Assembly: GCA_030141605.1 (NCBI GenBank)
Contig: JAQGDQ010000008.1
Span: 682,001-746,000 of the forward strand
Direction of reading: 5' to 3'
Length of the DNA stretch: 64,000 nt
Source: Tubiluchus corallicola
Taxonomy: Eukaryota > Animalia > Priapulida
Shown here piece after piece: positions 56,701-64,000 of the stretch; position 1 is the stretch's first letter, and every line of letters begins with the position of its first letter. A program made the position numbers and the translations under genes. The notes beneath the pieces are model-generated. The model was not told the origin of the DNA, ran no database searches, and saw only the letters and a list, made by a program, of their open reading frames with translations.

Positions 56701-59700
56701 CATAAGAAAGAATGAAAATGTGCGAAGAAGGATTTTGTGATGAAAATGAAAGTAATGGAAATGAAGAAAATTAAATAATTATAAATATAAACCTAACAAA
56801 TGTAAATATTTTAAATACAAATGTGCATATGAAGAGCATTATTAATAAACTTGTACATAAACTATGTCGTAAAGTTTTTTTATTTTTTTGTTATGACACT
56901 GCGTGCAATACTTGTTTACCTGGCTACATTGCTAACATTTAAATATTCGTTTATTTTAGTGCCTGGATCCTGGAGGAAAACATAAAGAATTACTTGCAAC
57001 ATAAAGATCAGCACTTTAAGAAAGGAGGTCGGGGAGGACCATTTAAGGAAGCCTGCGAGGCGGCAGAAGAATTTTTGAAACTCACACCAAAGGTGGGAAC
57101 CTTTCTTTTCATCAGGAACAGTGCGTCTGTTCGTCTTTCAGTGCGTCTTAGCACTTGTTGATAAGGTTGTGTGTGAACTATAAAACATTGGCTGGCTTTA
57201 AACAAAGGTACCGGGTACATTGAGTAATTGACGTATTTAGTATGACCAAACTGAAATGTAAATCTTTCATGATAATACATTTGTCTACGTATGATGATAT
57301 ATAGGTACTTCACAGAACATTCACTGGCCTATAGATAAATTAATTTTATCACAGTTTTTTTATAAAACCTTTTATTGTACTTACATTATGTTACTTGGTA
57401 TTATTTCAGAAATTACTTTGTATTAAAATAAAAATAAGACATTGTCGATAAAATCCAGCACTATACTGCCTGGTCAATAGAATTATTTATTAAACTGAAA
57501 CATCCTTGTTTGAAATAAAAATAAGAGAGCCTAGAGAATATAACGTCTAAAATTAATAAGCACATTTTTGATATACAAGAACTATTCCCACGTTTACTTG
57601 TAATATTTTATATAACACTGTATTCTCCAGACAATATAGAAGTAAAAACTAGAAGTAAAGACAAGTGAGGTATTAATGATTAAGGTTAACTGAAAAAGCT
57701 GTAGGTAATTTAATTGTAAATTCTAGTAAGCTATAAAAGCAAAATTGCAAACCATTTTTTTTAAAAGTAACTAGTGGTCAGAACATGTGGGCTTGGTAAA
57801 GCCTGTCATTTGTTGTTGCAGGCCGATTCCAAGGCCGGTGGTCTGCCCAGTATAGACGAAGAACTGAATATGATATTAGAAAAGGCAAGGAAGGGTGCTT
57901 CACAAAAAAGCCCATCTAAACATTTGGTAATGGTAGCTGTATTCACGCATTATTAAGAACTAGAACCAAGAAATCTGTCTAATGTTAGCAGTTTAAAAGA
58001 AAAAATGAAAAGAACGTGCTGGCAAAGTAATTAGATTGTGTGCGGTTTTGTCCATATTGCCTCATTGTAATATGAGCAAACTTGTTTGTGCTTTTGCTGT
58101 TGAGGGTACTAATAATTGCTCTAGTCAGTCTAGTGGGATGATGGTGAACAATGCTAATACGGTGATGGTATTTGTAGACAAGTAGCCTTTTAAATATATT
58201 GACAGAATACGTAGGGGAGAGTGCCCTATAGCGCAGCCCCTAAGGTTTGAAGTGTTTTTAAAACCAGTCAGTTGCACAAATGTTTATTAGCAGCTTATCA
58301 TTTGATGAAACAGACTCTAATGTTTGTTTGATGTCAATTTCAGGCAATTTTAATCTTAATATTTTAAATTTTTTGATCAAAAGTAATTTGGTCAAAAGTG
58401 GGCACTTTGGGGAACATTGTTCCTATAACGCACACCCTGTGTTCCCAAAACGCCTATAGTTGTGTGTCTTAATGTTACGTATTGCCATAACGCCCACTGC
58501 AACAGGTAAAATGTTCCTATAATGCCAATTGCTGTGAACGACAGATTTAACGTAGTCAATACCAGCAATGTCACCCAATATGCAATTTTGTGATCTGTAA
58601 TTTAACAATTTAATATTGATTTTATTTGGCACATTACCCGTTACCTGCAGTTAGAGTTTAATTTTCAGAAGTTAGTTATCACGATTAAACAGTGAATTAG
58701 AAACTTTAAATGCTACAAGTACTTCCTAATTTTGCAATTTTGTGTTGTTAATTCTTCGCAATAAATTGTTATTATTATTATTCGAGAAACACAGAAAATT
58801 AAAATTTTTAATTTTTGGAAAATGTAGACGGATCATGCAACAAAAAACTACTTGTTAACAATTGACGTGTATTTAACAGGTGACGTGACATGATATCGAA
58901 TTATTAATTAACACCAACATAAAGGCGTTATAATTATTTACTTAATTAATTCCAACCATATTTAAAGTTGGTACAAAAACACAGAACAAACATTGCATCT
59001 AAATTGGATGTAAAATGCCAAATTTATAAACAAATTATGTTATTTTGTTTTATGAACAAATAAAGAATTATGTTATTTTGGAACAATTCATACTGTGTCT
59101 GAATCACATAATCACACACATCACGTCCATTTCAACATGCTTCGTGGAACCATTGGGTATACACTCTGCACTGAAACCAGTCCTTCTCTGGAGTATCAAC
59201 GTAATGGGTCTCAAGTAAGTAAGAAGCCAACTCTACTAATACATCACAATGTTTTGATGCTTTGATGCAATGCAAAACTATAAATTTAGAGCCTTATAAC
59301 CTCCTAAGTTTCACTTCAAAGAGACTGGAAGATATGGTAATTCGACAATGATTGTTGTTTTTTCTGTTATATCAATTTCTCTGTCTAGATGAAATATGAA
59401 GTATCAAAACCTAGACAGTTCGAATATCAGTGACGAATTGCGTATAATTAGTGTGATAATTAACTGTGCATGAAGCGCCCACTTTTGGGAACATCGGGGG
59501 TGGGCTCTTTGAGCACATTGCTATTTTCTAGTAAAAGATGATTTCTAAACGAAACATGTAACAAAAATAATTAAGTTAATGAATTACTGGTAGTAAATTA
59601 ATCACTCTTTCCAACAATCTAAAAACCGTACACAAACGTTCATCAGTTATCAGACTTTTTAGTACACCCAAAAATTAGATCAAGAAGATGCTAAATATGT

Positions 59701-62700
59701 TAGAGTCTGGTGCTCCCTCTCTTCGCCTGCACACCTCTTTTGCACTGTTCACAATCAGAAAATGCATGTGGAATAAAACAATATTAACTTGGGTACATGT
59801 CAGTTTGTAATTTTCCTAAAATTGGCAGGTGGGCACAGTGGGCGTTATAGGGCACTCTCGCCTATTATTTATAATAATACCGATAGAGAACTCCTAGTTG
59901 CTGTAGTGCAAGCCAAATGTATATTAACTACAATGTACGTAGCTCTTCCTACACACGTAGAAAAAAAACTGTATTCACCCTCAGAAATAAACTGTTTTCC
60001 AGCCAGAATATTGTTATTAATAACTTGCTGTACAATACTGATACAATTTTTAGATCGAACATTTGTATGTTGTGGCAAAGAATCTTGCATACTCATTCTG
60101 ACTAAAATTGTAAACAAGCTTACTATGTTTCCTGTAAATTAACTCTATGCGTTATTGCTTGTGTCTTATTTTTATTCTTGTTTTATGGGCTTAAATGTCT
60201 GAAATAAAATAAATAATAATAATTAGATAGTTTCAATTAGCACACAACTTTAATGTCTATTATGATATTAAATGAAATGCACTGCATTTGTGTCTGAGAA
60301 GCTGTTTAACATGCTTATGTTTACTAAACAAGTTAGAAGCTGACATATTTAGACATCCTATGCAGAAGTGGAAGTCAACTGTCTTGGTTGTTCAAGAACA
60401 TTTTTCTTATTTCGGCAATGTTCTGAGTTCTAAAGTGCAGAGCAGGCACTAAATTCGATTTCAGAAACATCTGTTTGCTGTTGTAACTGTTGTCAAGGGA
60501 AGGGGAATTTTGTTAACAATTCACTGTAGCACAATAGTGAACATCCGTATTTTTTGGTTATGGAAACAAGTAAAAGTGATTCAAGAGTAATTGCAAAATC
60601 GTCACAAGCATTTTTTAAATAAATTTTAGAGTTTTAACACCTTTGTTCATTTCTCCAGTTTGATGGTATTAATTCTTTAATTCTGGCAATTTGCATTTAA
60701 AATTGCATGTGTGCTGTACTGCAATTTTTTAACCTTTGATTCCATGTTATGCATTATGGACGTAAATTAGGGGGTCTCATCTGAAATCTACAATTTTGTT
60801 GTATGATCACATTTGGAATTTACTATAATTTTCAAATGAAAAGAATTCGATATTACTCTTGCAGTTGACAAACTGGCCTGCATTCAGTTTTGGTATCAGA
60901 GAGTAATTATTTATTTGGATTTTTGTTTTTATTGATAGACTTTTATTGTATGATGCTTTTTAATTGATTGGAAATTTTATTTTGGACACTGGGCAACTTA
61001 GCGAATAACCTACTGACCTCTCTGCTGAAAAGAAAAATCTGTAACAACTTTTTAATTACGATTCATTTCAGTCACTGTCTTTTCTTGCAGACAGAAGAAT
61101 CTGAGCAGAAAGTGCTGTCTAAACCCATGGTTCCTTCACCTGTTAAGAAAAGGGTGAGACAAATGAATGATTTTCTATTTTGTACTTTCTACTAGTTTTG
61201 TATTTTACATTTATTTAGCACTGTAGCAATGACTCAGTCAGTTACTTGGTTATACGAAAGTTCTTAAAACTGGTTCCTGCTGTTGTTTCCATGCCTGGTA
61301 CTCAGAACTATCAGTGCAAAAGTCATTTAATGGTTCACCAGGACTAGAAAACGATGCCATAGGTGCAGGATGTGACAGTAGTTGGACTGTACTGCTGCAC
61401 TGTTGAATCGTTCTAAGTCATTTGCATGGGTTGCCTTTGCCAAATTCCTAGGTCATTTGCAAGAGTTGTCTTTGCCAAATTGATTTCATCGAATTAGTTC
61501 GAGTGCCCATAGATTGTTATGGAAACATGTTCATATCAGTCTAGATGACTGTTCAAATAACTTGGCAACAAAAATACTGCTAATTGCCTTTATGTCTCCT
61601 AAAGAGTGTTACAGTCTATTTTACACCAAGAAAGAAACCCATAATGCAATTTGAAATGTTTTTGTTTGTTCTGGAAACGAATGAAACACAACCAAAACGG
61701 AGACTGCTTGTTTTTTAATAAAATATTATAGTGATCATGAAGAAGTAAGAGTTACTTGTCTACTAGAGTATTTCATATCTCTCCGTTAAGAGAGGTATAC
61801 ATAGCATTTGGAGACATAAAAACAGGGGTGGGGAGATACGATCATATAGACATAGACATTTTTCTAATAGCACACTTTCACATTTCATTCAATCATTACA
61901 TTAGCATTTGTAGGTTTTCATCATAAATATCTACCATTTAGCTGTCAAATAATAGCGCATTTTACACATGAGACATACAAATTAATACTACTTGTTTTGA
62001 TTATGGTAATAGCTTAATTGGATTGCTTTTTTATTTCAGCCTGATGTGCATCAGCTTGGAGACATAAAAGAGGGATTAAAACGTTCCAGTGTTCGACAGA
62101 TGTCAGGTAGTTCTGACGAGACACCTGTTGTTAAAAAGGTAAACATTTCTTACCTTTGCTTGACTATCTTTAAAAGTTACACTGAATTGAGTGAAAGTCA
62201 CAAATCCGACAATCCTAACAAGCACCAATAGCTTTAAAAATATTCCTTAGTAAGCACATCTTTGTTATTATTGTTATTAGGATAGTGATTTGTACTTTTC
62301 TGGTTTTTTGACTTCTCCTTATAGTATGTAATTGAATTAACAGACCTTATTCAATTTCTCAACAGACATCCAATCGCTAAAGTTGCAGGATTTTGTAAGC
62401 AAGTGCAACATTTACATTTTGAAGCTTTATTCATATGCTGCTCAAAACATGAAACTCTAAACACAATAATAAAGATTACATATTCAGTAGGCCCCGTTTA
62501 TTAGACTCATGGTTAATAGAATCAGTCGCTTAATTGGCTCAAGAACATCTGATATGGGTTGCTTCTATTCAAATGTATATAAAAACTGTCGGCAATTGGC
62601 TCAAATAATATGTGTAATTGACTTGATATTTTTGCTTCACGTACGACTCTTGTGTGTGACCAAAAAGCTTTTATTACATCTATGCCACCTCTTCTTTGTT

Positions 62701-63444
62701 TTTATACACTATAATTTATTTAGAGGCATATGTTTATTATGTACTAATAACCTATCGCAACATTTTTGCTTTGAATTTGTCAAGCACTCGTCCGCTGCGG
62801 CTAACCTTGTTGCCCAAAAATTTATGAAAGCTAAACTTTTAATCACATGCCTAACAGTTTCCTTTTGTAGCTTTTCACAGAACATTTAATTGGCTAACTG
62901 TTGCTCTTATGCCACCGATGCAGCGACTGTAATCTGTTAATATTCCTTGCAACTTTACAAGTGCAGGCATCATAGAGGCAACTGAGAGGGTAGAATTAAT
63001 TTTAAAAAAATTAGCATAAGTTTAAAGACCTAATGTTTGGAGCTGTCATAGCCTTTGCAGTGTATATTAAGCTGAAGAGTGATGATGACTCACACTAGTA
63101 ATACTACACATGTCGGCTAATAGATTCAGATGGTTAATAAGTCAAAACATTCCGTTCCAAAGTGAGCGTATTAAATGGCTCTTACTGTTGTAGCTGACAT
63201 AAAGCTTCAAAAAGTTTTTGATAATATGCATAAATTTGCTTATTTTTTTCTTGTAATGCTATGATTTCAATGAAGTTAATTTTCGATGATCTGTAATTAT
63301 CAGAAAATGTACAATTTGTTAAAGGTAAAACGGGATGATGACAGTGTAGTCACCAAAACTGTACAGAAGTCTCCAGCAAAACTTCATGCGTCTCACATGA
63401 ATGATCGAGACAACCAAATGACTCAAATAAAACACAGAGTAGAG
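50799..63444 (+). CDS. GLYR1: PWWP-domain protein, GLYR1/NP60 (NPAC)-like; first 8 exons, gene continues beyond the window
   Basis: Exons 50799-50836, 50931-50967, 54109-54191, 56960-57092, 57822-57926, 61091-61153, 62040-62138, 63325-63444 (last acceptor weak). Translation MASALFSIGDVVWAKMKGFPAWPGKIVNPTKDVKRPAGKKPMWCVYFFGTDNYAWILEENIKNY..FKEACEAAEEFL resembles the recalled GLYR1 N-terminus (WPGKIVNPPKDLKKPRGKK..FFGTEDHAWI). The C-terminal dehydrogenase domain is not in the window, so an HDGF-family identity cannot be fully excluded. Confidence 0.75.
52391..52897. repeat. Diverged tandem duplication of about 250 bp
   Basis: About 52391-52640 and 52644-52897 align throughout (gtgctaaaattgcacattg...cccctagtcagttctcaaggtgcacagt...ggagtaatctgtat). 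Confidence 0.85.
52924..53925. mobile_element. hAT (Charlie-like) non-autonomous element, about 1 kb
   Basis: ATTTAACA|CAAGGGTGTGCAAA ... TTTGCACACCCCTG|ATTTAATA (TSD matches 7/8), with subterminal GGGCCGCA repeats. Confidence 0.85.
53413..53557. repeat. Long imperfect palindrome of about 145 nt nested in the hAT element
   Basis: ttggtctgcccagtcgtcttcttggcatag..attttgacttggttatttta pairs with taaaatacccaagtcaaaat..ctatgaccaagaagacgactggacagatcaa around an AT-rich loop. Confidence 0.8.
55231..56683. mobile_element. Helentron/HINE-like non-autonomous element carrying an internal array of about 149-bp units
   Basis: Short stem near the start (aaagtgcatttcacaaagaaa), a terminal hairpin aagcttttgctatagccaaatctt followed by an A-run, tgacctttgacc motifs and internal tandem core repeats. 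Family assignment is inferred from architecture only. Confidence 0.5.
55330..56035. repeat. Tandem array of about 5 units of 149-150 bp with alternating (dimeric) variants
   Basis: ac(c/t)tttc(a/g)tttgat recurs at about 55354, 55494, 55643, 55792 and 55942. Confidence 0.9.
58214..59862 (-). mobile_element. pogo-superfamily deletion derivative (about 1.65 kb) with PHD-finger-like transposase tail relic
   Basis: TIRs TA|GGGGAGAGTGCCCTATAGCGC ... GCGTTATAGGGCACTCTCGCC|TA and internal CCTATAACGC repeats. Minus strand 59105-59215 reads EKDWFQCRVYTQWFHEAC*NGRDVCD. Confidence 0.8.
61417..61481. repeat. 35-bp-period tandem duplication
   Basis: gtcatttgcatgggttgcctttgccaaatt / gtcatttgcaagagttgtctttgccaaatt. 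Confidence 0.7.
62485..62930 (-). mobile_element. Truncated, diverged second copy of the 17328-18280 Tigger-like element (opposite orientation)
   Basis: cagtaggccccgtttattagactcatggttaataga..gtcgcttaa..cttctattcaaatgtatataaaaactgtc aligns with the reverse complement of 18280 down to about 17810. Confidence 0.75.
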
Positions 63445-63972
63445 GTCGGTGTTTTGTTTCTAATTGTTTTTCTTTTTATTGCTTTGGAAGTTTAATCTAG
63501 AATTCAGAGCATTTGTTCTTTTTTATATCGATACAGACATTTGCATTGTATCACATAGGTCTTTGAGTTTTATGGAAGCTAAATTTGCAACATAATTACC
63601 ATATATATTAAAGGGGGAAGGTTATTCAGTGTTTTTGTTTGTTGTTTGGTCTGCATAGTGATACAGGGTATTTCATTGTTCCCCATCTTGTCACAGAAGC
63701 TTTGGCTAAAGCTAAAACAGTGCTACTTGACATGTGCTACGGCAGTGCTTAGATCTTCAGACTTTTTCTCTATGTGATTTGTGAAACCGGGATCCAACAC
63801 TTAATGAGCTACACCTAGATTTTTGGTGGCAATACTGGAATCTAGCTGTTAAGAATAATCCTTTAAGATTAGTTGCTAAATCGGCAGACATTGCCACATT
63901 CATAGATATATATTACAGAACATGTTTTATTACTCATGCAAGAGGCTTATCGAAGATTTCTATTAATCCTGT

Positions 63973-64000
63973 CCCCCCCCCTCTCTCTCTCTCGCTCTCT
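63973..64000. repeat. Poly-C then (CT)n microsatellite at the window edge
   Basis: ccccccccctctctctctctcgctctct. Confidence 0.8.

Noticed and set aside
63072-63161. Extra GLYR1 exon (ag|CTGAAGAGTGATGATGAC...|gtgagc)
   Set aside because: In-frame TAG after eight codons; at best a pseudoexon resembling the start of exon 63325-63444.

Overview
AT-rich, intron-containing eukaryotic DNA, most likely from an invertebrate animal; the species cannot be named from sequence alone. Four spliced genes can be read directly. (1) The Q/H-rich last exon of a probable Mastermind-like coactivator (+, to 1038). (2) A complete 19-coding-exon SRRT/Ars2 (+, 9493-38457). (3) A complete 9-exon HSF2BP/MEILB2 (-, 39965-47661), tail-to-tail with SRRT. 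(4) The 5' part of a PWWP-domain GLYR1/NP60-like gene (+, from 50799), head-to-head with HSF2BP. Introns are packed with non-autonomous DNA transposons (pogo/Tigger, hAT, foldback-like, Helentron/HINE-like), a LINE RT relic and local tandem duplications. The main candidate system is a compact module around SRRT exon 15: an antisense, intronless, divergent MATH/TRAF-like ORF nested in intron 14, a CpG-rich promoter-like island, and a U12-type (minor spliceosome) intron 15. Also notable are a full-length HSF2BP in an apparent invertebrate and a GAAAG-N13-CTTTC dyad motif shared by unrelated repeats. Gene identities rest on my recall of family sequences, not on database searches.
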